64,000 nt of DNA from Schmidtea polychroa. Its lineage: Eukaryota. The stretch is from positions 8,496,001-8,560,000 of the forward strand of contig CM097885.1 in NCBI GenBank assembly GCA_044892525.1. The letters are read 5' to 3'. The notes below the pieces were generated by a model. That model was not told where the DNA came from. It saw nothing but the letters and a program-made list of their open reading frames with translations, and did no database searches. The position numbers were made by a program, and so were the translations under genes. Below, piece by piece: positions 1 to 14,131 of this stretch; position 1 is the stretch's first letter; each line of letters opens with the position of its first letter.

Positions 1-509
1 ATTATTAGAAAGCGCTACTTAAATACCGTTTTACCATATATTTCAGCAGTTTCTCTGTTTATAGAAAAAATTATAAAATAGATTTATTATTTTAACTTTT
101 AAATTAAGCAATAATGATAATAAACTACAAAGTTATTTTTATGTGCTAATTGACATTTTACAAAAGTTTCAAGATTGTATTAATTTCAGTTAAATTTCAA
201 ATTGTTAATTTTTATTTGTTTATAGTAAAAAAGGATTGCTGCCATTGGCGAAATATTCTATTAGTGAGTCTTTATATATGTTATAATGATAAAATTTTTA
301 ATATTTTGTTTTTATGGGGTCTAGTGAAAAGTTGAAAAGGTATGTATGAAAGTGGGTTAAAATTAAAAAATGTAGAAATATCTTTGTAAATACATATATA
401 ATGCTTTTTTGAATTTTTAATAGGTTATTTTTGTCTTTGAAGTTCTTCCAAATCTGAGTCCTTTGCAAGATTGATAGTCTTGATTTTATTTATTACAATG
501 ACACCAAAG

Positions 510-680
510 CGCAATAAGTAAGGGTCTAAATGACATTAAGTAAGGACAAATGACAATAAATAAGGGCTTAGTGGTATTAAATAAAAGGCTTATTGACAAT
601 AAATAAGACAGGCTAAAGGACAGTAAATAAGAGAATAGATGGAATATAGTAAGGGTCTAAATGACATTAAATGAGGACAT
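510..680. repeat. Diverged ~21-bp minisatellite (AATAAGTAAGGG...TGAC)
   Basis: Recurrent TAAGGG(T/C)CTAAATGACATTAA-like units. Confidence 0.55.
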
Positions 681-2320
681 ATTGATTGTGATTATGTGTA
701 GTTAATGTTTATTTAATTTTTGTAATAATTAAGTTATTTAGTATTAGATTTTCACACTTTTTATTTAATAAGTATTTTTACAATTTCTGATGGATTTAAT
801 CATAATAAAGGTAAGATTTATTAATATTATTATTAATATTATTATCATATTAATAACTAAATATTTTGAAGATTTTCGAAATGTGTTTTTAATTCTTCAA
901 ATTTTACGTATTGATTTTAGCACAAATTCTATCATAAAACATAAATTAACTAAAAAACGTACATTATTTTTTCTATGGAAAATTAAAAAATTATTCGAAA
1001 ACATCAGTAATTTCTTAATATTTAAAATGAGATTCTTATTAGCAAACTGCATTTTTGTATCATTTTTATATTTTTAAGTTAAAGACAATTCTTTTATTAT
1101 TGAAATATTAACAAGTATTTAATAGTTAATTAAACATACATGGCAATGATTTAATTATAAGATAACGCCAATCAAACATTCTTTTCACGATATATTTCGA
1201 CAGTTTTCCTGTCATCGCCAGCTGGGATATAATAACTATATAATTAAGGATTTTAAAAAAATTTATTAATTTTATAAATTAAATAAAAAAATTTTATTAA
1301 TTTATATAACCATAATAATGAATTTATAAGAATTCAAAATTGAATCAACTACGCTAAAATCATATAATTCCTTATTTAAATCTATTAATAATCTGAGATT
1401 CATTCAAAAACTTGTCTAAATAACTGCTGTCACCAGTTTACAACCAGATAAGCAAAAATCAAAAACGTAGAAATTATAATTTTTTATAAAAATGGGAACG
1501 CCAAATGAATTCCAAACTGATTTCTTGATCTTATTTTACACTAGAACAGTTTGCAGAAATAGAACTACTTGCACTAGTGTCCTTGAAAATCGCTTTGTGG
1601 ACTATATGACTCCATTTCCTGACGGTGTCTATAAGCACTTTGAAAATTACTCTTTTGAACTTCCAATTTCATTTGAATGCGATATTCGACTTTTGTCAAA
1701 GAATATTTATCAAAACTGTTAACAACATACGAATGTATTTAATCCCGATCTTAACCTCTGACAGATTGAAAATTTAATCGGAAGTTGATGTGTTGCGTTA
1801 TATTTACGGCTAGCCTCTTTCGTACACTAAGATACCCCTTATCCATTTTTTATTGGATATGGATCGATACATTTGCACATTTAATATCGATCTAATTGTT
1901 TTTAGACATTAATGAATCTAACTTTATTGCCTAAATTCTTATCCAATTCGTCCCAGAATGTCGATCGTTGTGGCACCTGTAAAATAAAACAATTACCATA
2001 CTCAACACGGTTATTTCGCACTTATGAAACCCATGCCATCTAATTGATCAATGTTAATCATAATAAATCAGTCAAAAATATGATAAAAAAAACAAGTTAA
2101 ACTTTAAAATTTTTAATCGAAACCACAATCATAAAATGTATAATTTACAATTTTATATCTCATTCAATCATCAACTGTTATAACCTCCATTTTAGAATTA
2201 TTCATTGAAACTATTACAAAATACGAAGGTAAACTACCACAGTCCCGTATTTCACTCCACACCATTATTTATGTTTTATATCCAAAAGTATATTAGGTGA
2301 ATATTATTATAAAACTTAAA

Positions 2321-2508
2321 TATTACAAAATTATTATTAAATCGAGGTGCAGAAAGAATTTATCCCTAAATTGTTCAAAACTAGAAATTGTGTAAAAAAT
2401 ACTCTTATCCTCTGGTTCTGCAATTTCCATCTTTGAATTTACTACAATTTTAATTTTATTCCAAAAGCTTTCGATATACTCTGCATGTACTCCTGTGGCG
2501 AAATCAGC
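2321..2508 (-). mobile_element. Possible Merlin/IS1595-like transposase C-terminal remnant
   Basis: Minus strand reads DFATGVHAEYIESFWNKIK, resembling the Merlin motif DPxTGVHTQxIESxWxxLK. Short match only. Confidence 0.4.
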
Positions 2509-3399
2509 GGTTTTAATTTCTTTTAATTAGAATAAATTTAAAGCAAATCATTGTAAAAAATGTATTTGTAAACCTTTAATATCTTTAATTGTTGAATGGA
2601 ATTACATTTTTTTTTTTTAATAAATTCCTAATTGTAAAATCTTTTTTGTCGTATTGGCATATAGACCTAAAAAATATAAAAAATAAAATATTGTAGATTA
2701 AAACTTTGACTGTAATTCCAAAAGCCCAACATAAAGAAATTAAGGGAAAATAGTGTAAATGGCAAGAAATGCTTTCACTTTGGAAGGTTAATAGGAATAT
2801 CCAAATATTCAGCTTGGTATGTTATTTACAAATATTTGAAATAAAGGAAGACAAATATAGAAATTTTAAAATATTGTGCATATTCGTCGATATTTCTTAA
2901 TTGAAATATTTAAAGATTAATATGTATAAAAAATGAATTTAATTTAATTAAATGAATTTAATGAATTAAATCCAAAAGAAAATATCTATTTTCTGAAAAA
3001 TAATGCTGAAATAAATTAATATAAATGAGATTGTAGATAAAAAATAACATTAAAGAGTTCTCTAAAAATATTTACCTTAGTTATATGTGTTATCTCACTA
3101 GTATTATTTCACTAATTTGAAGCAAATACTTGACAACGTAATATAAGGAAAACATAATTTGTGTTACATATTGGTCAAAATAATAAATTAATTAATACAA
3201 GTTTTGAATCACTATAGATGTAGGAGATGTACACAGTAATCCATACAACTTTCCATTGAGATTTTGTAATTGGCATATCGCTATATAATTATGCAGAAAG
3301 GTGCTACTGCATTTTCCAAATATCATTTTTGCTTTTTCTACAAACAAAGAATATTTCCTACTTTCGAAATTCTTTTAAAAATCTTTTAATTTTATTAAG

Positions 3400-3653
3400 T
3401 CCATGGAGTCTGTGGTATATTAGGAAGAGATGTCGACGCAGTCAGTTGTTTGTTCGAGCAAATTACAAATTCCCAATTTCACAGGCAATTAGATCCAACC
3501 GTTGTTCCTATCGATTTTAACCGAAAAGTATTTCAATCAACTACGAAATTAAAAATTGGCTACTTCACTTTTGATGAAAGTTATCGATGTGTCCCAGCAA
3601 TAGAACGAGCAGTATCAGAAGCAAAAGAACGATTAGAGAAGAATGGGCATCAA
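3400..3653 (+). CDS. FAAH: Fatty acid amide hydrolase-like amidase, internal exon (gene is 5'-partial; visible CDS join 3400..3653,3703..3897,6653..7000,10092..10193)
   Basis: Translates GILGRDVDAVSCLFEQ...RQLDPTVVPIDFNRKVF...LKIGYF...PAIERAVSEAKERLEKNGH, matching the FAAH segment after the amidase signature (GPMARDV...RLDPTVPP...LRVGYY...RRAVLETKQSLEAAGH). Flanked by AG and GT splice sites. Confidence 0.88.
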
Positions 3654-3702
3654 GTGAGACCGAATTGGCAGGAATATTCTATTTTAAAATCTTATTTTGA
3701 AG

Positions 3703-3897
3703 ATAATTCGTTGGAAACCACCAATAACTGGGGAAAAATGGCTGGGATTATTTTTGAGGGCTCTTAGTTGTGATCGAATAAAGGAAATTAGGTCTATATG
3801 CCAATACGACAAAAAAGATTTTACAATTAGGAATTTATTAAAATTGTTTGAGATAAATTATTTTCAATACTTAATCAAGCTTTTCCAAGCAACATTG
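3703..3897 (+). CDS. FAAH: FAAH-like, next exon (after 49-nt intron 3654..3702)
   Basis: GTGAGA...TTTTGAAG intron. The 195-nt exon stays in frame (IIRWKPP...LFQATL) and ends at a GTGAGT donor. Confidence 0.8.
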
Positions 3898-4249
3898 GTG
3901 AGTACTTTTGTTATATTATATATTGATAATAATATTAATGATAGTTATAAATAATAATAATAAAAAAATTTAAATTTAAAATTTAAAAACAATTTAAAAT
4001 TTTTTTAATTATCCTAGCAATTTTGACATTTCATTGTATTTTTAAAATTCGATCTGTCTATTTAACACGTTGATTTATATTCTGAAGGAGGGGAGTAAAC
4101 GATACGGTAAATAATTTATTAAAAAGTTTAAAATTATATAATGACAGTTTAGAGTGCTTTTTAAATATTTCCAATTTTTCATAAAAATTTATAGGTATAA
4201 ATATGAGCAGTGTGCCTCGGAGATATTTTGCTTTGACTACTGTCGATAA

Positions 4250-5825
4250 TTTTTTTTGTTTAAATAAAGTAATTTTTTTTAATTATTTCATTTAATTAAG
4301 TGATTAATATTTTATTTGTTTTAATGGAGTGGTTTTTTTAATTATTTGTTTATATAAAGTGATTCTTAATTTATTTGTTTAAATGAAGTGAATTTGTAAT
4401 TTAGTTTAAATGAAATGATTTTTAATGTGAATTTTTTAATTATTGGTATTAATGGTGTTTTTTTATTTAAGTTTAAATCAACTGCGTTTTAATTATTTGT
4501 TTTAATGTAGTGATTTTTAATTTAGTTTAAATAAAATGAATTTTTGGTTTTAATGGAGTGGTTTTTGAATTTATTTAGTTTTAATTAGGTGCTTTTTATT
4601 ATTGATTTTTTGTTGGGTTATTGGGTCGTTGGTGAAATTTAAATTTAATTAATTATTTTACTGACTCCAGGAGTGCCTTTCGTTGACCCATAAATAAAAC
4701 TTAACACTGGAAACTTTATTGAATGTCACAAATATTTTCACAATGATACAATTGACTCAACAAGTTAACTACCGATTATACAGTGCTTATTACAACACTA
4801 TGGTGAAGAATAGCACATGTGTATAACCTTGATCTGACAGATCTGTCACAACTGAGGAGTATAACAATTGGTCATTTAACTGGTAGTTTTCTGGTTTAAC
4901 TTGGATTTACTCGCCTAACATTATTCTGTTATCAACTGAATAAGGTCCTGCTGCTTATCCTTTTATTTCTGTTTTCTCTTTAAGTTTCTCTGCCTCAATT
5001 CTCTTTAAATTCTCCAAATAAATGTCGTATTATCTCAATTATTTTGTCCTTTGTCTCAATATTATATCTCAAATCTTTGGCGTAACTCTGTTCTACAATA
5101 TTCCGACTCAAATGTTTCTTCGCATATATTCTGTTTTAACTGTGCTGTCGTAAATATTCTTATTCAATTATTCTCTGCTTCTGCTGTGCCTCCTCCTTTT
5201 ATATCTCGTCACTTTGTGGCACTTCACTTTATCTATAATTTTCCATTTTTTCCCAACATAATTCCCCGACTTTTCCCTGCAATAGATTTATCTTTGACAG
5301 CTATCAAGATATTCTCTAATTTTTCTTTTTTGCCGCTCCTACCTGTTTTCATTTCGTTCCCTTTATCTCTAACAAGCTGTCGAGATTAGTACATTATTGT
5401 TGTTTCTGTTTTTCCCGATTTTGAAATTCATTTTCCTTTTGTACTAATTAATTAGTAATGAACTTTATTTTAATTCCTTGTTTGCTTTCTTTTGTTCGTC
5501 TTTCTCATTTCTTGTTTCTATTTACTTTCGTTTTCTTTTCGAGTTCCCATTGATCGTCGTTGGTAAAATTTAAATTTATTGAATTATTTCTCTGACTACA
5601 GGCGTGCCTTTCGTTGACCCATGACAATTTTTCCCCGAGTAGTTAAGTTTATTTATAAATTTGTTATTTAGGTATTCTCAATAGTTTTAATGGAGTGGTC
5701 TTTTAATTTATTTAGTTTAAATGAAGGAATTTTAATTTTTTTTGATTTAGGATTGATTTTTAAAATTATTTGTTTAAATGAAGTGCTTTTATATTTGTTT
5801 AAATGAAGTTAATTTTTATTGTTTT
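4250..5825. repeat. Diverged ~30-bp T-rich minisatellite interrupted by the solo LTR at 4611
   Basis: TTAATTATTTGTTTAAATGAAGTGATTTT-like units occur both at 4250-4610 and at 5685-5825. Confidence 0.55.
4611..5683 (-). mobile_element. Solo LTR (Gypsy-type), same family as 12999..14131, in a FAAH intron
   Basis: Starts TGTTGGGTTA and ends ATTCTCAATA. Shares blocks with 12999..14131 (for example TTTGTACTAATTAATTAGTA and AAATTTGTTATTTAG). Carries an internal ~65-bp direct repeat (4626-4690 and 5558-5622). Confidence 0.75.
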
Positions 5826-6652
5826 ATAGATTTTTTTGTTTGTTGTAATTAAAAGTTTTAAATAAAAAATCCATTGTGTTATCAATTATCGTTTGTGAGC
5901 AATTTTACAAATATTTCAAAAAATTTGATTCAATTCTTTTAATCTACATCTATGTCGCTGATTCAACTAATTAAATTTGAGGTATTTATTATGAATTAGA
6001 CTTCATTTTATTATGGTTTTACTCTATTCACCTTTTCTTTTGAGTCCTTGCTCAATGGTTTTTCAGATTTGTACCAAACAAATGCTTTGTTATGATGTTG
6101 CAAATCAGTTGATAGACACCATCAAATCAATACCAGTGTAATTTTTGCCCGAACATATGTGAAAGAGAAGGAACACCAGAGGGAAAAATAAGTAATTTAT
6201 CGTATCGTGTCGTTCTGCCAAAACAGTTTACATTCCCGTGCATGCTTGGGTTTTTTGAGTCATATAAATCTTTCTATCGGTTGCCAGGAACAAGGGAATT
6301 GCATTAATTAGCAACCTCTTGTAGTACCCATTTTGTGTTTGATTGCTAATAGCATGCGCTAATAGAGATAAATTTTTGTAATTTACATAATTTCGATATT
6401 ATATAGATAAAATGAATAACTGAATGAATGCCATTTGGAATTTATTGAATAATAATAATTGAAATATTTTACTCATTTCAGGTGAGGAATGAAAACATTT
6501 TGGGATCATAAAAATTAAGACTATTTTTTATTTCAATTTCAACGATATTGATTAATATCGTTTATAGATAAAATGTATATTATTGATTAAATAAGGTGCA
6601 TGTTTGGCAAACAAGTTAAACCCAATCATTGATTGCACTTATATTATTTAAG

Positions 6653-7000
6653 GATGGGAATAATGAGTCAATAATATGGTTGAAAGCTACTAGAGGAATC
6701 TCTTCTGGTGCCAAATTTATGGAAGCCTTATCTGAAATTAAACGCATTCGAGAAATGATACTCGAAGATTGGGAAAAATGTGGCATTGATATGGTTATAT
6801 GTCCGACTTCTGGGTTTGCTGCTATCCCGCTTAGACCAACCGGCAGTCTTACTGGAATGCTTTCATATGAAAATCTTTGGAATTTAGTAGACTTTCCTTC
6901 TGGAACGGTTCCGGTTTCCAAAGTTACACAAGACGATGTTACCAATTTATTCAAAAATTATCCCAAACAGTTGTCACCATGGCATTTCAACACGTTTACA
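6653..7000 (+). CDS. FAAH: FAAH-like, penultimate exon
   Basis: TTTAAG acceptor, phase 0. Encodes WEKCGIDMVICP...SYENLWNLVDFPSGTVPVSKVT, the conserved amidase C-terminal motif. GT donor at 7001. Confidence 0.9.
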
Positions 7001-7859
7001 GTATTTATTTTTTATTTTAATTAATAATTTTTATTTTATTATCTTTTTTAATATTTTTATAATTTTCTTATTCTTATTTTTTAGTATTCTTACTTTATTA
7101 TTATTTTAATTTAAAATAGTTTTATTAATTTAATCATATTATTTTTGTCCCTTTTTATTAATAATTTTATTTTTCATATATATTATTTCATTATTGTCAT
7201 TATTAAGTTTTTCTAATTATTTTTGTAATTTTATATTTTTTTATTTATTTTATTTTATAATTGTTATTTTCATTTTTTTATTGTTATTTTTATTTTTTTA
7301 TTATCATTTTTATTTTTTAATTATTTTATTTTATTATTGTCATATTTAAGTTTTTCTAATTATTTTTGTAATTTTTTATTTTTTAATTATTTTATTTTAT
7401 TGTCATTTTTATTTTTTAATTATTTTATTTTATTATTGTCATTTTTAAGTTTTTCTAATAATTTTATTATAGAATTGTTATTTTTATTATTTATTATATA
7501 TATTATTGCCATTTTAGTTCTTATTCATTGTTAAAATTTTTATAATATTTTCTTATTATTTTTTTCAATATTCCTATTTTAATTTTAAATAGTGTTGTGA
7601 TTTTTATCATTTTAATTTAAGTATTTTAAATAATGTTTTTTGAGAAGCAAAAACATTTGGTAAAGGAGTGGCTTGGCAATCTTGATTTCAACACGCGCAG
7701 ATTTATTTACTAAAAATCTACACAGATTACACATTCTTCTTTGGGAAAGTCATGTTCCTTTTCAACAAAAATCGCTTTTATAGTAGATAGAAAAAGAAAT
7801 GTTCTGACATGGAAAAAAACTAAAAATACCTTGAAAACTTCAAAACACGTTTTTTGCAA

Positions 7860-8230
7860 AATGGATACTAGTTAATTCTCATACAAATTTGAAATGGAGT
7901 TGAGATGTGCATTCGAACAGCAACACCAAGATACATTGTCGAACCACTTCATAAGGTTTCATAAATTACTATAGTGTCCACTTGAGTCCAGAACATATAC
8001 ACAAGGAATGACATGAAAGAAAGAACTGCTTGAATTGAAGCATTAAATGTCTCAAATATAATGTTAGTCATGGATCCTCTCTCAGCTTTGGAATATTGAA
8101 AAGAACTTCTTGATTAGAAGCGATAGATTTAACATGAACACAGATATCCTTAGAGCTACTATCATTGTGAACACTTATGAATTCACCATTTTTCACCATT
8201 TCTTAATGAAAACAAAAGTTTTAAAAAAAT
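7860..8230 (+). mobile_element. Possible decayed hAT transposase C-terminal region
   Basis: Broken frames include DRFNMNTDILRATIIVN, reminiscent of the end of the hAT dimerisation domain. Many stops. Confidence 0.3.
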
Positions 8231-8914
8231 CCGCGAAAAATCATTTTAAAACAAGAATTCTTTTATAACAAAGAAATAAATCAATTAATAATACAAAATA
8301 ACCCAACAGAAAAATTGCAAGCAATACTCAATGCTCACACAAACGCAATCCATAATTGAACTCAGGATTGACCAGATTACAAAAGAAAAATAACTTTAAA
8401 ATGAATATAGCTCCAATATTCACAATACAAAAAAAAGAACATGTCAACATATCAGTAATATACCTACACTTTCCTTTCTTAAACAATAAGACATGTAATT
8501 TAATCAGATCTTACATTCATATTTGCCCAACTTTCACCATCGCTACACCTTTAAAATCACAACTTCGGAAATCTCAAAAATCTCCAACATCAGAACTGGT
8601 TCATTGAGATTGTCTATGCCACTCCTCCACCAAAGGTTTTTACTTTTCAAAAAACATTGTATATTAAATCACTTGCACAAAATGCGACGCAATGTAGATA
8701 TAGAAAACACAGAACATTCCGAGGACTTAACGAACACATCAAAAACATACCGAGTAATTATTTCGAAAACTGGAAAAAAATACTCAAATCAGCATCAATC
8801 ATACACAAAACAAAATACAAAATATTACAAGATGCGTTCAAAAATACATTACGAAGAATAGCCGCAGAAACTCTTGTTATCAAAAAACATCAACATTTAT
8901 TTAAAATTTGTTAA
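8230..8914 (+). mobile_element. Penelope-like element remnant (GIY-YIG endonuclease region)
   Basis: Reading across frameshifts gives IVY*ITCTKCDAM...HRTFRGLNEHIKN...SASIIH...ILQD...RIAAETLVIKKH, the layout of a PLE GIY-YIG domain (VYxIxCxxC, RxxEH, ExxxI). Confidence 0.7.
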
Positions 8915-9321
8915 AATTGAAATTTAAAAATATCTTGAAAATTTAATATTGCGGATCAATTGTGGCTCATTCCAAATATTTATAACCATAACGAGATCAT
9001 TAGGTCAAAGGCCGAAACCCCATAATTTCTGAATACATTAATAACCCGTTTAGCGTTACCCAGTAAAATGTTTTTCAAATCTTTTCTTTCAAAACATTTT
9101 TCTTTAAAAATTGAATGAAAATTTTTGTTGAAAAGTATTTGAAAAAGCAATATTTCAACAATATTCAATATTCAACGCTGCACTATTCGTAGGTGAACGT
9201 ATGTGTGTATGTAGTGAGGGTAACAAGAGGGAAAAGAAATTTTCCAATGAACTGATGAGTGTGTTATTGCATATATTACACACATTGCATCATTCGCCAG
9301 CTGTGTTTGTATGGAAATTTA

Positions 9322-9556
9322 CCCTACACTGCATGACTTTTTATTTGTACACTTTCACTTAAACTGTAAGACGTTTTAAAAATTGATTTGGTAATACAAA
9401 ACTATTGAGAATTACATTACGGTTTTTTTGTATTATATTGCAAATATAGCCAATACAATGTAATATGAGAGAACATTTACCGAGAACAAAAGCGATACAG
9501 TTTTTATTCTAATAAGATAATTGTGTATCACCAGTGATACAATATGCAGTGTAGGG
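9322..9556. mobile_element. piggyBac-like MITE
   Basis: 13-bp TIR CCCTACACTGCAT / ATGCAGTGTAGGG. Flanks are TTTA (left) and TTAA (right). Confidence 0.75.
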
Positions 9557-9583
9557 TTAACAGATAGCATGTATTGCTTAAAT

Positions 9584-9989
9584 CAGTGGTTCTTAACCTG
9601 GGGTCCATGGACGGGTTCCAAGTGGTCCGCGGCACCATTTACAAAAAATCGTAAACAAATTTTTTATGTTATCTTGATATTGTAACTAATATAATAAGTA
9701 ACATTTCTTTACTGTTTTTTAGCATCAAAATTCTAACATTTGAATTTTTATGTTAAAAAATTTAGGTCTCAATAGGCACTTTTTTTGTAAACATTTACAC
9801 GTTGCTATGATATTATTCTGTTTTTGCATTGATTCAAAGTTTTAATTGTTGCTATAATAAAGTTAAATTTAGATGAAGTTTTTTTCTTTTAACTTGCGGG
9901 TGTTATTTAATTCTGTCAATTTCAGGGGTCCGTCGGTACCAATTATATATTTATGGGGTCCATAAGTTTGAAAAGGTTAAGAACCACTG
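9584..9989. mobile_element. hAT (Buster/Charlie-type) MITE
   Basis: 16-bp TIR CAGTGGTTCTTAACCT and perfect 8-bp TSD GCTTAAAT. Confidence 0.95.
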
Positions 9990-10091
9990 GCTTAAATTAT
10001 TCTTTTATTTTATCAATTATTTTTTTTGTTTTGTCTTTTCTCTATTATTATCGTTCTATTCTTCAATTTTTTTTATCGATAACGATTGCAG

Positions 10092-10193
10092 GCTCAGAAG
10101 GATTCCCTGAATATGCCAGTTAGTGTGCAATGCGTGTCTAAACCTTGGCACGAGGAGGTTTGTTTGAGAGTGATGAAGGAATTGGAAAAATAG
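10092..10193 (+). CDS. FAAH: FAAH-like, last exon
   Basis: TTGCAG acceptor. Encodes AQKDSLNMPVSVQCVSKPWHEEVCLRVMKELEK*, matching the FAAH C-terminus (GLPVAVQCVALPWQEELCLRFMREVE). AATAAA lies about 95 nt downstream. Confidence 0.9.
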   Translation, partial: AQKDSLNMPVSVQCVSKPWHEEVCLRVMKELEK

Positions 10194-12998
10194 ATAATAT
10201 TTACCTTTAACCTATTGATTTGTTATCGATATATCGTGTATTGTATTTTACTAAAATATTTCGTCTTTCGTATTTTTAATTATTTAAATAAATCAATATT
10301 TCGTGTCATTCAATATTAAAATCTAATTAACTAAATTTCAACCAATAAAATCACTTGTAAATATAAAATTTTAGTTAACTTTTGAAATTAAACTTACATA
10401 ACGATAGAAATGCACACTTGGTAAGGCTGTGCTAGTTATTGATTCTTTGAAATGGTAAGGTGTTTAGATGCGGTTTCTTTGGTTAACAATTAAAAAAATT
10501 AATTTTTAATATGAGTTTAATGTTACAATTATCCAAAATTTAAAAATGTTCAAAAATCAATTTATCAAATTGAATGTTGCAAATTCATGAAATGTGAGAA
10601 TTAGTTGGACTTTAACTAGGATTTCGCTTTCTGTTGGTCTTTTATCAAGATAAGGTGGGACGCAGGGTTGTGTGTAAAATTGGCCAAGCGTGGAAATTTA
10701 TTGAAAAACAATTTTTCCCCGTTAGGAAATGGGTATTATCGTGTGGCAAATGATGAGACGAACATAAATATTAACTCCAATATTAACATGAAGTCAAATA
10801 TGGCCGATGGATGCAGTCAATATTATAGTAGGTCGATATTGGCCGCTGTCTAATACTACTGCCTTTTTGGGGCAACAAATTGTGGCTTCTGGGTTAAGTG
10901 TGAAGAACGTAGAATATGAGCCCTATTAAGAATAAAAATAATAAACTAATATTCCTTTAATTTTATAAATAACACCTCTCCAATAGTACTTCTTTATATT
11001 TTCTTGTGCAAATACTTCTGTCATTCAATTAGCAGCATATATGTACTAAATAGATTCATTTTATTAAACTACTAAAATAATTTAAAATCTTTACACTGAA
11101 GTGCAATTGCTATTTGATATATTTCCACGTTTGTAGTGCTTTTACCTCTTCAGTATATTTTCCTTCATTTAGTAATTCTGGCTCCATTTCCTTTTTCAAT
11201 GAATACTTCTGCTTTTCTTCAGAAACTAAATAATTATTTATAATAATGTCATTCTGGAACTGTTATTTAAAAAAATATTAGTAAACATCTATTCTACAAT
11301 ATTGGACAATCAAATTTTTTATAATTTGGAATGTAACAACCAAAAAATGTTTTTGAAATTGTTCTATACAGGCATCGCCTTTTTATGGTCAAATTGTGGG
11401 CATCTCGAATTTCTGTATCACTTCATTAATTAAATTTAAATGATTCTAAGAAATTTCTTCCATATCAATCTCTGTTGTTCCCTCCGCAGCCCAGATTCCA
11501 TATGAATTTCGGATGAAGAGATTGCATCTTTCCCATCGAAATCGACATTATGTTGATGTAAAAGAAACTATAAAAAAATTAACAATTATTAAAATTTAAT
11601 AAACTAAGGCTATCTTATAGTCGAAAATTTTTTCATTTGTATTAAATATATTCACAGCAAAAGGCTTTAATTATCATTTAATTGTTTAAAAAATAATAAT
11701 AAAAAATATTATTATTATTTTGATTATTATACATTTAATTAATTTGCAATTATATTTATTTTTAAGTTAAAAATTTTTAACTTAATCTAACTTGAGATAA
11801 TTGTAAAAATTAGCAAAATGAAAACAAATAAAAAAATTCATTGTAAAATTTAAACATTTTTGTTTAGAATTGAAATGAAAGTAAACACAATCAGGTTAAT
11901 ATAACCATTTCGACATTAAAGAGAGACAAACAAATACTAAACATTTATTGGCTACAGTAAATAAATGAAATTCATGTTTTCCAAGTCAGGGCCTATAAAT
12001 TGTTTCAATTTATGCATTCAACTAATTAGCATCGTTCTGTTGGTTTCGGATGCTAATTATTACTTAATTAATACTTCAAAATCAAATTAATCCGAGTGGC
12101 TGAACAGAGCGGTGAAAATATACAATGCTTTCCAAATGTGTGATAATTGTACGGGGGTGCCCTAATTGGGGTTCGCTTAAGAAATTTTGGAGGTTAGCTT
12201 ACCTCAGCATATAGTGACAGCGCAATATTTAGAATTTTGTGAATTTCTCAATTAATTTGGAATATGTTTCAATGGTATTATGATTGGACATTTGGAATAT
12301 CAAGAACTCTTTCTGTAATTCTATAATTCGTAGTATACATCATTAGTTAGATCTTACAATAAATTTATCTTTAATATAAATATATTATAAGAACTTTTTA
12401 GAATTTTCACCTTTGATTTCTTTTCAGTTGACAACTTGACATTGAATTTGTTAAAAAATTGACTATGAATATCTCTACTGATTCATAAACGATTTTTTTA
12501 ATAAATATAAATATATACTAAATTAATAATATAATATATTAAAAAGTATTGGTTGACATTGCAAATACACCAATACCTCGCTTTGCGTTTTTTCGAAGTT
12601 GCGTCATTACTGAATTAGTACTAATTTTCACTGTGCGTCATTAGATTTTCGAATTTGCGTTGTTTTGGGTTTGAGTCTTTAATATTTTTTTCGAAATTTT
12701 TTGAAATTTTATTTTTTTGGAATAAAAAAAAATTATATAATTAAGAATGAAAAATAGACTTAACCAATCAAAAATATTATATAATCAAATAAATTAATGA
12801 AAAATAAATACGGTAAAACGACATTCTTGGTCGATTCTGATTGCCTGGTTCAGAACTCAAAACATTATATAAGCCATAATTTTGGCAATCTTTTTCATCT
12901 CAATTTTTTCAATCACTTTAGGTAAAATCGCAATTTTTTTAATTAATTTAAGTCAATACTTATTCAAATTCTGTCAACTATTTCATTCTAGTTAATTT

Positions 12999-14131
12999 TG
13001 TTGGGTTACTGGGTTAGTGATAAAACTAAAATTCTTACTCTGACTTCAAGCGTGTCTTTAACCGATTCACAAATAACATGACAACAGAAATCTTTATTGA
13101 TAACCATAAATAATTTAAACTTTACACTGACAATCAATTCAACACTCCGCTCGGTGACTATACAATGCTTATTGCAACACTTAGTGAGGAATAGCACTCG
13201 TGTACAACACCGGATTGGAAAAAAAATCAAATTTTATTATAATTACAAATAGGCCACTCGGGCAAAAGGGGAGATAGCTGCTCGACCCTGGAGCTTTCTA
13301 AAGCTGTTTCTTTGAGTATCTATGAACACTGAGCCAAGGCTCGAGCGTTAAACGTCTGTTGGATTAGTTTATAAACTGGGACTTTGAGTTGGTTGTTTTC
13401 TTTGACCTTCTTCGACAACTTTATTCAAATATTCAATTAACTTTTTTTCGTTAATTTCTCAATTAATTCTTTTCTGAAAATCCTCTCCAACAATTATTCT
13501 CCAACAAATCGTTTTCCAATAAATACTCGTCTCAACGACTTCAATAAAATTTCTCCCACAATTTCTCCGTTAATTTTCTACGTTAGTTTATCTCCTTTTC
13601 CAGTAGACTCTTGACCCGTTTTCCGTTTCGTTCTCCAATAAATTTCGTCTAATATTTTGTCTCTATTTCTGTCTCTCTTTTGTGTCCACTAATTTCTCTT
13701 CATATAGCTTGTTTTATTTGTGGAACTAGAGATAATCAAATGTTTTACACTTTTCTTTCTCTTGCATTTTCCGACTGTTCCCATTTTATCACTGACAGAT
13801 GTCGAGATATTTTTCCATTTTCCTTTTTTAAGACGCCTTCTCCCGGTAATTCGGCTATCTTTGACAAGCTGTTAAGATACGGCTTTTCCCCATATTTTGT
13901 TTTTTTGGAATTTGAAATTCCTTTTCTCCTTTGTACTAATTAATTAGTACTGACCTTGGTTTTTTTTTCTTGTCCAATTTCTTTTATTTCATTCCTCTTT
14001 TTCATTTATCATTTCTTTTTACTTCCGCTTTCTTTTCTGAATTCCCATAGATCGTCCCGTTTGTCATGACGATTTTCCCCAAGTAATTTTATTTATTTAT
14101 TTCTAAATTTGTTATTTAGATATCCTCAACA
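12999..14131 (-). mobile_element. Solo LTR (Gypsy-type)
   Basis: TGTTG...CAACA termini, 4-bp TSD ATTT on both sides, homology to 4611..5683. Confidence 0.88.

Noticed and set aside
1420..1980. Exon-like pieces here and at ~11100-11570, ~19080-19310, ~21810-22320 and ~39490-39840
   Set aside because: Multiple stops in all frames and no recognisable family motif.
10780..10860. TACTACT preceded by ATGGCCG/TTGGCCG motifs as another Polinton end
   Set aside because: A six-base match only, with no supporting genes or TIR partner.
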